Assembly: GCA_036785375.1 (NCBI GenBank) | Contig: JAWMAR010000552.1 | Coordinates: 620,001-684,000, forward strand | DNA from: Leucoraja ocellata | Lineage: Eukaryota | Direction of reading: 5' to 3' | Length of the DNA: 64,000 nt | In this document: positions 38,136 through 51,398 of the stretch, piece by piece | Layout: every line of letters starts with the position of its first letter | Numbering within the stretch: the first letter of the stretch is position 1 | The notes under the pieces: model-generated | Databases searched by the model: none | Seen by the model: only the letters and a program-made list of their open reading frames with translations | What the model was told of the DNA's origin: nothing | Position numbers and translations under genes: made by a program

Positions 38136-38726
38136 TAGTGATGTAATGCTGAGGCTCTATAAGGTGCTGGTCAAGCCACATTTGGTGTACTGTGAGCAAA
38201 TTTGGGCCCCACATCTGAGGAAGGATGTGCTGGCTCTTGAGAGGGTCCACAGGAGGTTTCCAAGAATGATTCCAGGAATGAGAGGGTTAGCATATCAAGA
38301 GCATTTGACTGCACTAGGCCTCTACTCGATGGAGTTTAGAAAGTTGAGGGGAAACCTCTTTGAAACTTACAAATAATGAAAGGCATAGATAGAGTGGATG
38401 TGGAAAGGATGTTTTCACTGGTGGGAGAGTCCAGAACCAGAGATCACAGCCTCAGAATTAAAGGGTGTTCTTTTAGAAAGGAGGTGAGGTGGAACGTCTT
38501 TAGTCAGAGGGAAGTTAATCTGTGGAACTCATTGCCACAGAGAGCTGTGGAGGCTGTCAGCGGATATTTTTACGGCAGAGATAGACAGTGTTTGATTAGA
38601 ATTTGAATCAAAGGTTATGGGGAGAAGGCAGGAAAATGGGATTAGGAGGCAGAAATCAGCTATGATTGAATGGCGTAGACTCAATGGACCGAATGGCCCA
38701 ATTCTACTCCTATAACTTGTGAACAT
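38136..38726 (+). mobile_element. CR1 3' end
   Basis: MLRLYKVLVKPHLVYCEQIWAP...NLWNSLPQ in two ORFs; 3' UTR. Confidence 0.9.
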
Positions 38727-40658
38727 GTAACTCGTTCACGCCACGATCACCACCAGTGTCCACTTTCTTGCAGTTTCATAATTACCATTATAGAGACTGG
38801 GTATTTTTAAATTCTGGATTTGGTGTTCCATGTTGGGGAGATCAGTGGCAGGTGAGGTGACTAGTTTGAGGAACACCTCCTTCATCCCACACTCATGACC
38901 AGCTTTCAGCTCCCATTCTTGCCTCGGCTCCTAACCTGTGATTCAATGATGAATGCAACTTCACATTGTGACAAGGAATGTAACAATGTCTTTGATTCAA
39001 CATCAAGTTGAAACATTTTGGATATCAACATACTTACCTGTTCATTCCGCACTTTCTTATTTTATTTCAGATTTGCAGAACTTACTGTAATTTGTCATTT
39101 CAGTTCATATATTTCATTCACGCCTCCAATCAGATTGATCTTTTCTTTTCTTTCCAACCATCTTTTGCACAATCATCTTTCTTGTCACTCAATCTCTTTG
39201 CTGCAGACCTTTCCTTTTGTTCCTCTCTCCACTTCTCTTTTTCTTTGCCATTTAAAACGTGAATCGTCTGGTTTTGAGGCGAGATTCTTGACCAGAAAAG
39301 GCAACTCTGTTCCTATACCCACAAATGCTGCTTGATCTACTGTGACATGTAAGGGATACATTCTGAAAATTGTCTGTAAATTAATCCCTCCTTAAGCTAG
39401 AAATGACCGTTCTCTATAGCTGCTCTATCTGTATCGCTCTATCTGCCCTGGCTATCATTTCATTTCATCAAATATTCACCCAACACCATTGGTAATTTAA
39501 ATAATGAAATATATACTGTATCCAATCCTTAATGAGCACCACAAAACATGATTGTTTATTAATATTATTATTATTAATATTATTATTATTATTATTATTA
39601 TACAATTATAATAAAATTATTTCAAAAATGACTTCCAGAATTTGCATAAAGCCTGGTTTCTCGAAGTCAGGTCATCTATAACCTACAGAGCCCTTGCATA
39701 TCTTATACTTCCTGGGTTTATAGTGAGGAAATCTCCAAATATCTGGCCATTTAGAAACTCTGAAGGCATGTCATTTGGGTCACACATTAGTACAGGATGT
39801 GTGGCCATTCGTACAGGGAGCAAGCAGAGTGTGGAGCCTGAGATGGAGTCCAGACTGTGGGTGGGTGTGGGGTTGGAGCCAGGGGTGGGGTCCAATAATG
39901 CCAGAGGTCAGAAATGTAGCTCTTCCCAGCTTCTGCTAAACTCATCAGGTTAACTTGAAAAATAATATCGCATTATTAAGTAATGTATAAAATAAACCCC
40001 ACAGGAAATATAGGTCTTTTTTTATTTATAGGTGTAATTACCAATATTTCAGAAAATCTGCAGTAGCTTGGCACCATCAAAGTTCCCAGTGGGTTGTTTA
40101 CGTTAGATGGGCCTCCCAAAAGAACGTAAAAACATGAAGTTGGGGAAATTAGGATATTGCAATAGGAAACTCATTTTCAAGGGACAAGGAAAATTGTATT
40201 CTTATGATGTTTATTGAAGGTTACTAATTGAAATAACATCCCAGCAAAATATTTAGATGTGGGCATTTGTGGCAAATGATAGGACAGCTCAAACACAAAA
40301 CAAATAAGCAAGAGATTGTGGAATACTTTTTCAATTACAGATTTAAATGATGAAATTAATTGCTTTTTAGTAAAAGATTGTTTGCTGAAGAAATTGTGAG
40401 GTAAAATCTACATCATTAGAGTTACTGATGAAGTAGGAATGAAATAGATAATAATTAAAAAAAGGTAAATATTGAAAAAATGTTCTCATTCTTTCCTATT
40501 AAATCTCTAAAATAAAAGTAAAGGGGTGATTCTCTTTCATATTGGTGCATCAAATCTCCAACAATAGGGCACCAGGAACTAGCTGGGCTCAGGCAGCAGA
40601 GGATGTAAATCCAATTCCTCCATAACATATACTCCACTTTGAATTAAATATAATGCTT

Positions 40659-41138
40659 AGGAAGGAACTGCAGACGCTGGTTTAAACCAAAGACAGACAC
40701 AAGAAGCTGGAGTAACTCAACGGGACAGGTGACATCTCTGGAGAGAAGGAATGGGTGATGTTTCGGGTCGAGACACTTCTTCAGACTAGAGAAACTAGGG
40801 GCAACAAGAGATATAGATGATGATGTAGACAGATAAAGAACAATGAATGAAAGATATGCAAAAGAGTAATGGATAAAGGAAACGGGCCATTGTTAGCTGT
40901 TTGTTGGGTGAAAATGAGAAGCTGGTGCGACTTGGGTCGGGGAGAGATGGAGAGAGAGGGAATGCCGGGGCTACTTTAAGTTAGAGAAATCAATATTCAT
41001 GCCACTGGAGCTGCCCAAGCAAAATATGGGATGCCGTTCCAATTTGCGTTTAGCCTCACTCTGACAATGGAGTAGACCTAGGACAGAAAGGTCAGTGTGT
41101 GAATGTGAAGGAGAATTAAAGTGTTTGGCAACCGCAAG
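40659..41138 (-). mobile_element. Penelope 3' end
   Basis: pLTR, 3' UTR and endonuclease C-terminal remnant on the minus strand; 9-bp TSD ataatgctt (40650-40658, 41139-41147). Confidence 0.85.
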
Positions 41139-41499
41139 ATAATGCTTGCTCCTCTACAGAATCTTCAGATTCTCCCAGGTATCTCGCACCAATAAAATAC
41201 TTTGTGAAAATGTGACAGCTTTCACTTCCTCTATAAGTTCACAGCAGCCCATGATAATGTCTATCTTTGGTTTAAACCGGCATCTGCAGTTCCTTCCTAC
41301 ACATTTTATCTGCTCCACTGTGAAATGGCCAGAGGAGATTGTGTAATGATATCTTTCCATGTCTTTGACTTCTCTCCTCGTGATGAGAAGGGGCACTCCA
41401 GAATTCTGGGGGAAATAAAACATGGTATGATTATTGATCAGATAATTTGTGCTGATGTTGATTAAGGGATAATCTTTGTCTAGGACAGAGAGTAACTCA

Positions 41500-41645
41500 T
41501 TAGATCATAAGTGATAGGAGTAGAATTAGGCCATTCGGCCCATCAAGTCTACTCTGCCATTCAATCATGGCTGATGTTTCTCCCCCTCCTAACCCCATTC
41601 TCCTCCCTTCTCCCCATAACCTCTGACACCTGTACTAATCAAGAA
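41500..41645 (-). mobile_element. CR1 3' tail
   Basis: gataggagtagaattaggccattcggcccatc... Confidence 0.85.
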
Positions 41646-42166
41646 TTAGAGGGTCTCGACCCGAAAAGTCACCCATTCCTTCTCTCCAGAGATGCTGCCT
41701 GTCCCACTGAGTTAACCCCCTGTCCCACTTAGGAGACCTAAACAGCAACCTCTGGTGACCTTGCACGCCACCCAAAAAAAAATCAAGGTCGAGGTGACCT
41801 GCAACTTCCTACACCCTCCCACGCATATGTTGAAAACCTTCCTCGACTATGAAGAAAACCGGCTTCGACTAGACCGGCGACAAAAAAATGATTGATTTTT
41901 AAAACGGCAACCTATTTTTAGTCGAGGCCGGTTTTAATCATGATGAAAAAATAGCAGGAACCTAGATGAAGCCTCGACCACGTGGAAACCACTTCGCCCA
42001 TTAGGGAGAGTGACCAAAACCTCCGGTGACCTCATGGAAACCTTGGGTGGCGGGCAAGGTCACCAGAGGTTGCTGCTTAGGTCTCCTAAATGGGACAGGG
42101 GCTTTACTCTAGCATTTTGTTTCTACCTTTGATTTAAAACAGCATTGCAATCCTTTCCTACACAAA
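41646..42166 (+). mobile_element. Penelope pLTR interrupted by a Harbinger MITE
   Basis: gggtctcgacccgaaa...ctgagtta resumes as ttactctagcattttg at 42104; flanking repeat gYacKaatcaagaa (41632-41645, 42167-42180). Confidence 0.8.
41715..42103. mobile_element. PIF/Harbinger MITE
   Basis: About 60-bp TIRs starting accccctgtcccacttagg; TTA TSD at 41712-41714 and 42104-42106. Confidence 0.9.
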
Positions 42167-43111
42167 GCACGAATCAAGAAGCACTTCCCTTCTTCAAAAA
42201 AAGTGGAGAGGCATCTTTTATACTTGTCAGATATAAAACAGAATCTCACAGTGGCACCTCAGGCAGTACAGCAGGCCTTCAGCACCGCACTGGAATGTCA
42301 CCTACATTCATTCATATGTGCTCATATCTCTGGAGTATGAACTCACTCCTGATTTGGAGGGTTGAAAATGAAACAATTAATTTATTTCAAAGGTTCAGTA
42401 TACACAATAGTAATCTTTTGGAAGATGGCAATCTAATAACAGAAAATGTGGCTTATCTTCTTGATTCTGAATTAATATGAAAATGTAATCCATGTCCTTT
42501 AAAACACATTTGCTTTCTGGATGGCAGCAGTGTAGGTGGACATCAGAGTGCACAGCTATTCACTAGGGAACCTCCCCACAGTTCATTCAGAAGTAACAGG
42601 TTGAGCCCTTTGGCAATATCCGTGTATTGAGCAATCATTGAGTACAACTTCGGCCTGCAAGGATTAAATTACTCTGCAATTAACTTTAATAAAATAAAGG
42701 TTCCTGCAAATTGGCCATAAACTGGCTTTGAACTATATTCCAACAATGTATACATTGTTGTCGATTTTTTTTGGTTTCATAATAGGCAGAGTTAATAGGC
42801 TCGTCTTGCACAGGTTGACACAAGCGACATTCTCTGTTCACTTTGGATCTTTACAAACGATGGGCTAAAAGTGTAATGTCACAAAATCACACGAGGTGCC
42901 CCATGGCTGAGACCAAGCCGACCAGCATAGGAATTCATAGAAAATAGAACACAGGAGTTGATCCTTCGGCCCACAATACCTGGGTCAAACATATTCCCAA
43001 CTTAAACTAATCACTGTATCTGTTCATATTTGGCGATAGTGGCCGACTCCAGTGAAGAGTCTTGTAGTAATAGAATGTCTTGTAGAAGACAATATAGTCA
43101 ATGTATATCGT

Positions 43112-43199
43112 CACAGAATGCTGGAGTAACTCAGCGGGACAGGCAGCATGTCTGGAGAGAAGGAATGGATGACATTTCGGGTCGAGACCCTTCTTCAGT
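43112..43199 (-). mobile_element. Penelope pLTR fragment
   Basis: gctggagtaactcagcgggacaggc...tttcgggtcgagacccttcttcag. Confidence 0.8.
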
Positions 43200-43419
43200 G
43201 TACAGATATTTTAAAGAAAAACTTCTCTGGGCACTTCCTAGTTTTATGATAAAGATATTGAAGGGCAGAGCTAATTAAGAATGAACTGTAACCATGCCGT
43301 GCATTTGTCACAAAAGGCATCTATAATGACCTGGGATCTATGATGATGCCCTGCCTCTTGCTGTCATCCATCCTTTTTCTCCAGAGATACTGCCTGACCC
43401 ACTGAGTTACTCCAGCATA

Positions 43420-43740
43420 TCCCTAATCAATCCTTGCCTTTCCAATTGCACGTAGTTCCGGATGCCTTCCATTAACCTACGAACCGCTGATTCACTGGTT
43501 TGGAGTTCCTAGGTTTTACCTTCAGCCTTCCTTAAATAGAGGCACAACTTTAGCCGCCCTCCAGTTTCCCAGCACATCATCCGTGGCTATTGATGATGCA
43601 AATATCATTGTCCGAGACACCACGATTTCTTCCTTATCTTTCCACGATATCCTAGGATACACTTAATCAAGCCCCAAGGATTTGTATAAAATGCTTTCAG
43701 ACCTCCAGCACCTGTAATGTGGACCCTCTCCAAGATATCA
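43420..43740 (-). mobile_element. Degenerate CR1 ORF2 fragment
   Basis: Minus-strand GKLEGG.SCASI.EG...PRNSKPVN region is a frameshifted DWR.A.VVPLFKKG...NYRPVS equivalent. Confidence 0.6.
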
Positions 43741-45049
43741 TGATTGCTTTTCCTTTTTCCATGGTCTCAGTGATTGACCTTAATATTTTTTATTTGGAAA
43801 TAATACTCAAGGCATAATGATACCGAACATCTTAAAAAATAAATCAATTTTATTGTTATTTGGTTTTATAAATTCAAAGTTTGAGAGCAGAGTACAGTAC
43901 TGGAAGTCGGCTGCAAGTGACAATGCATTTCCACCCTCAATGTGTGTTAAAATAGCGGAGAATTGCAGGTGTTATCATCAGTAATTTGTCCTGTGCCAAT
44001 AATCCTACAGAGGAAACCTTTTATATTTCCTCACAATTCAATGCATTAATAGCTATTCACCCCGTTCATTAGTGTTGACTCCATATTCCCTTTTTTCTTT
44101 TGTTCTTGCCTACTGCATCAGATGATTGATTCTGCTCTCAGTTTGTTTCCGTAACTAATCATTATGGACTCCATTTCCAAAAGCACTGCCTTCTCTTTGA
44201 AGGGTCGAAAGATAGTTATCTTTTTCTTCCCCACTGCCTTCCCACCGCCCACCTCCTTTCCCAGAATATCACACAGTGCCTTTAAAAGCCGATGAGGAGT
44301 GTTAACATTCTCCTGGTTGTAAAAAATCTGGTAGTTTAAACATCGTGGGCTGGATGACATCCTGATCTTCTGAACTAGGGCTGCCTCCTGAGCTAACCAT
44401 TTACCACTTCAATGCTTTGGGAATTTGTATTGTACTTTCCCGTTATATTTCAAGTGAAGCAAAAGGTACACTTAAGCAATAAACATCAGTATTATTGACA
44501 AATGACTTGAAGGATTAAAGAAAATATTTAAGGACAGCTTTACCCATTTAAAGCAATTAGAAATGGAACATTGATTAAAAAAAAAAACAGATTCCCTTTT
44601 AATTAGTTGGGAAGTGATATTTTTTGATTTTTTTTATTACAGTTCCTGGCCATTTGAATTAGCTGGAGTATTATATTCAACTTATTTTTATTTGTATTAA
44701 TAGATAATTCCAATTGAGAAGAGTAAACTTGTGCATTCTGCAAACTCCAACTGAACAACATACAAATGGCTTCCATTAAAGTTAAAGGTTTTCTCTATCC
44801 CATTTTATAATATTGGGAATTTAAATGTATCAGGAGTAGGGACAATTATATTATCCTCATATGATCATTTAATATTTAATCCATGCAGCTCGTGTTTGTA
44901 CTTTGGAACTTAATTCTTAATTTACTTTTCTCTAGTTTTTATTTGTGTTTGTGCGCACAACATATTTACCTTGCCTGATTATTACAATAGTAGGCAACTA
45001 ACAAATAAGGCCTATTTTAATAATTAAAGAAAGATTAGAATCAAGAAAA

Positions 45050-45790
45050 AACAAATATAGAACAATACAGCACAGGAACAGGTCCTTTGGCCCATAATGT
45101 CTGTTCTGAACATGCTGCCAAATTCATCTTGTTTGTCTGCATATGATCTATATCCCTCCTTTCCCTGCATATCCATGTGCCTGTCTAAAGCCTCTTAAAT
45201 GCCACAATCGTATCTGTTTCCACTTGCACCACAGGCACTGGACAAACTCAGCAGATCTAACAGCATCTGTGAAGGTAAGAGATATAAGTTTTGAGTGGAT
45301 ATTCAGACAAGATCTTTGGCTTGTTTCATTTCTTTGTTCATTGCTGCCTTTATCTTTAATAAAGGTCTTGTTTCCAAAATTACTTTAATGAGTTATGCAA
45401 ATAAAAACTATAGATCATAGAAAAGTACAGGACAGGGACAAGGCCCTTCAGTCCATGATTTATGTGCTGAACATGATGCCAAACTAAACTAATCTCATTT
45501 GCCTGCACATGATCCACACCCTCCAGTCCCTGCCCATCTAAAGGCCTCTACAAATGCCACTATTGTATCTGTCCCCATCACCACCCCTCCCAGCAGGGTG
45601 TTCCAGACACCACAACCCTCTGTGTAAAATATAATTTGCCCCACACATGTCTTTTAAACTTTGCCCCGTTCACCTTAAAGTAATGCCCACAGGTCTTTGG
45701 CATTTCATTCTGGGGGAATAGGTTCTGACTTCTACCCTTTCAAAGCATGTCATAATTTTATATCATTCTACCAGGTCTCCCGTCAATCCC
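45050..45790 (-). mobile_element. Two CR1 3' tails
   Basis: agaacaatacagcacaggaacagg (45060) and agaaaagtacaggacagggacaaggccc (45420) tail starts. Confidence 0.7.
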
Positions 45791-46207
45791 TTAATACTTG
45801 GCATTTTTATCTAACACCTTGCAGTACAAATCTTGCACCTTTCCTGCCATGATTTTGTATATTGGTGCATTGGGCATTGTGGTTGCCTCCAATGATGGAA
45901 CGGTGTGATTGTCTTAATTGTCCCATATAAGATGGTCACTTACTCCAAAGTTATCCTTTCTTACCACCACATGCTGTGTTTTCCCATGTAGATCTTAGTT
46001 CCATGATTCTAAAAGAAATCACACTAGACAGAGACTGTAATGGTTGCATTTTGTTTTGGCTTATACTTGACTTGACTTGGATTTTTGCACATGCTGACAC
46101 AACAAACATTCTCACTTGAATGAATCATAAATAAATCAGTATTGATATTAAATTTTCATCCTTGCTCAATGGCAGACATTTAAAATATACTAACTTTCTG
46201 CAACCAG

Positions 46208-47978
46208 TGGACCAAGGTTCCATCCTTGGCCCCATTCTCTTCTCCCTGTATATGCTCCCCTTAGGCCAAGTCATTCAAAGGCACGGCATTTCCTTCCATT
46301 GCTACATAGACGATACACAACTCTATCTCCCCCTGAAGCCCAAAAACTGATCAAATCTGCTTAACCTTTTCCACTGCCTCGAGGATATAAAGTGTTGGAT
46401 GGCCCAGAACATCCTCCAACTAAACGAGAGTAAGTCTGAGGTCATCCTTCTCGGACTCAAGCAAAACGATAGCAGGCAGCCTTGGAAGCCTTACCCCAAT
46501 ACTCAAACCTCACATCAAAAACCTTGGCGTGATATTTGACTCAGCATTGAAATTTGACAAACAAGTAAATGCCGTGGTAAAAGCAAGCTTCATCCAGCTT
46601 CGGACGATAGCTAAAATAAAACAATTCCTCCAGTTTGATGACCTTGAAAAGATCATCCACACATTTATCTCCTCCCGCCTAGATTACTGCAACTCCCTCT
46701 ACACTGGCATCAGCCAATCTTCCCTGTCCCGCCTGCAACTGGTCCAAAACGCCGCAACGAGACTCCTGACAGGCATCCAAAAAAGGGACCACATTACCAC
46801 GATTCTGGCTCCCTGTGTGGTTCCGAATAAATTTCAAGATCCTCCTTTATGTCTACAAAGCCCTTAACGTACTTGCCCCCACCTACATCAAAAGTCTGCT
46901 TACCCACCACACCACCTCCAGGTCCCTCAGATCTTGGTACCACCCTTGAAGAATCCAAACAAACCAAGTATCTTGGCATCAAATTGCAGAATGATCTGCA
47001 TTGGAATGGTCAGACTCATCATGCAATGGTGAAAGCAACAGGTGTCCTAAACTTTCTGAGGTGCAACTTTCATCATTGTTCAACTTCTGTCAAGGAGAAA
47101 CTATACTTCACCCTCGTTAGGCCTCATCTGGACTACGCAATTGCAGCATGGGACCTATACACAAATAAAAACATTTCTTCCGTCGAACGTGTCCAAAGAC
47201 AGGCAGCTCGATTTGTTACTAACACCTATGAGAGAAAAGCGAGTGTCACCAAACTTCTGAATTCTCTGGGGTGGAACCCTCTCCAAGACAGACGTGAAGC
47301 TCACCGTTTGACCTGTTATTACAAAATGTTAAATGGTCAGCTCGACATAGACTACAAGACCTACACCAAACCCAAACCAATTAGGAGTAGACAAGGGTAT
47401 TCGATCCAATTTGTGATCCCAGCTACAAAGACAGATGTATACAGCAATTCGTTCTTCCCCCGCACAATTAAAGCATGGAATAATCTCCACCCAACTATAG
47501 TTACCCAACCAGATGCAACTAAATTTAAAGTAGCTCTTTCTTCCCAATAACCCTTTCTGGCTTAAGCCCTCCTTTCACTACCTCCAGTTTAAATTCCATT
47601 TGGAATATTTTGGAGGACCAAGAAACCAAGAAACCAAGAAACCAAGATCGGCCAACTTGGGGATACTGAACATCCACGTCTAGGCATAAGCTCAGGGGCG
47701 ACCGCGCCTTTGCGTTTGCAGCTCCTAGACTGGAACAGCATCCCTCTTCCCATCAGAACTGCCCGCTCCATTGACGCCTTTAAGTCGAGACTTAAAACTC
47801 ATCTTTACTCTCAAGCCTTTCTTGACATCCTCTGAGGGAGGGCTATATGTATGCATTTATGTATGTACCTAATCTATGAACCAATGTTGTATAACGTTAG
47901 TACCTCCACCAATTGTAAAGCACTTTGGCCAACGAGAGTTGTTTTTTAAATGTGTTATAGAAATAAAAGTGACTTGAA
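46208..47978 (+). mobile_element. L2 LINE 3' half, interrupted
   Basis: [18 protein letters not shown]...[10 protein letters not shown]; IFDSALKFDKQV...SRLDYCNSL; resumes at 47645 and ends tgtaaagcactttg...aataaaagtgacttga. Confidence 0.92.
46934..47644 (+). mobile_element. CR1-group LINE 3' end of a distinct lineage, nested in L2
   Basis: Uninterrupted frame KYLGIKLQNDLHW...LVRPHLDYA...ERVQRQAARFV...NSFFPRTIKAWNNL to stop at 47550; (ACCAAGAA)n tail; 5-bp TSD agatc (46929-46933, 47645-47649). Confidence 0.88.
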
Positions 47979-48959
47979 TTTAACTAGAATTTTGGTGAAT
48001 CATAATCACAGGTGTGTGAAATATTATACTTTGCCAAATTAGGTAAAGAATTAGATTAAAACAAATAGCCAGTAAATTATCCAGATGTCCCTTTGCCTTT
48101 TACTGTCCTGCATTTTATCTTTAATAATTGTATCATGTTAGGTTTTGATATTAGGGTTCATAACTAGCATCATTTTCTTAATCTGATCATTCAATTGTTT
48201 CAGAAACTATTCTTGGATTAAATAATCCTTTTATCATCTCTGCAATGGTCACAGTTGCTCTCTCTTCAGTGGATTCCATTTGATTTAGCATTGATTTCAA
48301 TGTTGATTTTAACTTTAATATTTGCACCACCTCACTATCTTGACTTGACAGTGGTTTTGAAAAGTGTAGTTTCTCAACAATCCAAGTTCACTTTCTTCAT
48401 TGCCCTTTTTGTAGAATGCTGGTGTTAATTTTCTTATTCATCAATTCAATGCATTGGCTTCCATCATACTGCCCTAACCCTTTATGTGCAGTAGATTTGC
48501 TATTTCATATTGAGCAATTATATTTGCCTTCTGGGTCTAATTGTCTATTATTTTTTAAATATTTGCATGTGGTAGCAGCAAAGAGTATGATTGCCATTTT
48601 TATAGCATTTGTTGCTTGTAATACTGATTCAATTTACTTTTCCTTAATGTATACTTTGTGCTAAAATGTTCTCTTTACCTGAATGTATCATGGGTGCCTT
48701 ATTTTATACATATAACAATACAAGTGGCGGCTATTCAGCCCATTTGGTCAAAGCCACGCACTTGTAAACAATCACACATCGCCTCTCTTTATTTTCCTAT
48801 ACTCTTGCAACTTATTCACTCAAATATGCCCATTGTCCTTTTAAAAAAATTAGAGGCATTTGGACAGGCACATGAGCCTGCCTATCATGTGCAGAATGCC
48901 GTTAGATTGGCATCAATGTCACCATAGACATCATGGGTTAAAAGTCCTGTTCCTGTGTG

Positions 48960-49277
48960 GTTTAGTTTAGTTTAGTTTAGAGATACAGTGCAGAAACAGG
49001 TCCTTCGGTCCACTGAGTCCACAACGACCAGAGATCCCTGCACATTAACACAACCCTACTTACACAATAGGGACAACTTTACATTTGCACCAAGCCAATT
49101 AACCTACAAACGTGTACGCCTTTGGAGTGTGGGAGGAAATCGAAGATCTCGGAGAAAACCCACACAGGTCATGGGGAGAATGTAGAAACTCCGTACAGAC
49201 AGCGCCCATAGTCATGATCAAACAGGGGTCTCTGATGCTGTAACACAACAACACTACCGCTGCGCCCCGTACTGCCA
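48960..49277 (-). mobile_element. HE1-type V-SINE
   Basis: Full reverse-complement copy. Confidence 0.9.
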
Positions 49278-49942
49278 TCTTTAATGTCTGATGTTACTTC
49301 TGCATAAATGTTTGAATTCCTATTTCCTGAACTAGTTTTGAGGCTTGGAATATGAAATCTCAAAACAGTGTATGACTTTAAATTCTCTTTTGGCATTAAT
49401 TCCATGGAGACTTTTTCCCTTTCCAACCTAACCCTAATCCCCTGGTATAACATCTTCTTGATTTTTGATGATTGAGATCCTCACGGATTTTTAGAAAGTC
49501 GTTATAATATGTCATTAGATTTTCGCAATGGTTATGAAGATTTCAATCCACGCTCGGCATCAGCATTATTTGCAGTCTCTCGAGTTTGGCACTTTATGCC
49601 AATAAAACTGGTGACACAGATGGCAATGATAGGAATGTTTTATTTCTTAGCGTTGAATTTGATCAAACTTGGAATTTCATTTACTTTCTGGAGTCTTTGA
49701 GACCATTCAATCCATCAACTTCATGCCAACCATCAACCATCCATTTACACGGATCCTGCATTAATCCCATTTATTATTCTTCCCACATTCTTATTAATTC
49801 CACCCAGATTCTACCGCTCACCTATGGACTAGAGGAAATTTACAGTGACCAACTAGCTTACCAACTTGCATGACCTTGGGATGTGAGAGGAAACTGGAGC
49901 ACCTGGAGGAAACATACATGCAAATGTGCAAACTCCTCACAG

Positions 49943-50261
49943 AGGGCGGCACAGTGGCACAGCAATAGAGTTGGTGCCTTACAGCGCTTGCCGCGCTGGA
50001 GACCCAGGTTTGATCCCAACTACGGGTGCTGTCTGTACGGAGTTTGTATGTTCTCCCCGTGACCACGTGGGTTTTCTCCGAGACCTTCAGTTTCCTCCCA
50101 CACTCCAAAGACATACAGGTTTGAAGGTTAATTGGCTTGATAAATGTAAAAATTGGCCCTAGTGTGTGTAGGATTGTGTTAATATGCGGGGATCGCTGGT
50201 CTTCACAGACCTGGTGGGCCGAAGGGCCTGTTTCCGTGCTGTATCTTTAAACTAAACTAAC
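49943..50261 (+). mobile_element. HE1-type V-SINE inserted in an older minus-strand SINE (about 49700-49942, 50262-50340)
   Basis: Full copy; flanks read as a reversed V domain and head. Confidence 0.88.
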
Positions 50262-50584
50262 CAGGCACTACCTAGATTCAATATTTAACCCTGGATCTCG
50301 GGAGTTGAGGCAGAAGCGATGACTAGCTGCCTCACTGAGTGGTCATGGCATTTCTCATGAGAAATGTTGTCCCTCTCTGTCTGCAAGACACTTGGTCTGC
50401 TTGGATCCTCTGCCATTTTTTAATTTCTCTGAGTGATAGTTTAAAAAATATAGCAAGGAGATGAGACCCACTGTGCCCGGTCAGACTGAAGTCGGTAAAT
50501 GGGGCAGCAGTACAACTTTTGCTGGTTGTGATGTGGGATAAGGGAGATAGGGAATGGAGATTGATAATTTAGTATTTCACAAAG

Positions 50585-50841
50585 CAAAGACTAAGATGAG
50601 GAAAAACTTTTTCATCCAGAGAGTTGTGAACCTGTGGAATTCTCTGCCACAGAAGGCAATGGAGGCCAATTCACGGGATGTGTTCAAGAGAGAGTTAGGA
50701 TTAACAGAATCAAGGGATATGGGGGAAAAGCATGAACAGGTTACTGATTTTGGTTGATCAGCCATGATCATATTGAATGACTCAAAGGGCCGAATGACCC
50801 ACTCCTGCACCTATTTTCTATGTTTCTACGTTTCTATGTTT
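50585..50841 (+). mobile_element. CR1 3' end
   Basis: MRKNFFIQRVVNLWNSLPQK; (TTCTATGT)n tail. Confidence 0.88.
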
Positions 50842-51271
50842 CAGTCACCTCATTGCTAAGCTGAGCCTATGCCTGTGCAGTATAATGAATTTCAGAGGTA
50901 GGTTGTGAATACAGATGTTTCTTAATATTTTCATTGAACATCAACAAATGAGATATTGCATTAGGAGATTGTTTTTTGGATAATTTTTGCAGTGCTTTTT
51001 TTTAATGTACCCTGCGCAAGGTTATGAGTTAGACTCTTGGAGTTAATTTTGTGTTTATCAAGCCGGTCATGATTTGACAATTGTCAATGTGATTCAGAAG
51101 ACCTTTCATGGATTCATCCTGAAATTTGGACCAATCATTACAGCCATGGCTTCTTAATCAGGACAACAATGCCTGGACTGTTATTTATATTTGCAGTGGA
51201 TCAAAATTCCCCAAGCACAGGCTACAGAAGAATGGAATCGCCAGCAGAAAGCAAGTTCACACATTTTAAAT

Positions 51272-51394
51272 GTGTATGAAGGAAGTGTAGATGCTGGTTT
51301 AAACCATTTATAGATGCAAAATGCTGGAGTAACTCAGCAGGTCAGACAACATCTCTGGAGAGAAGGAATTGGTGATGTTTTGGGTAGAGACTCT
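51272..51394 (-). mobile_element. Penelope pLTR fragment
   Basis: gatgctggtttaaacc...gctggagtaactcagc...ggtgatgttttggg. Confidence 0.75.
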
Positions 51395-51398
51395 TTTA

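Larger units (their letters stand above)
41400..42370 (-). mobile_element. Deu-domain SINE relic (SacSINE1/AmnSINE-like) split by younger insertions
   Basis: 42250-42345 resembles the reversed Deu core (ggcacctc...cagcaccgcactggaatgtca...tgtgctcatatctctggagt); 41430-41500 resembles its 3' part. Confidence 0.55.
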
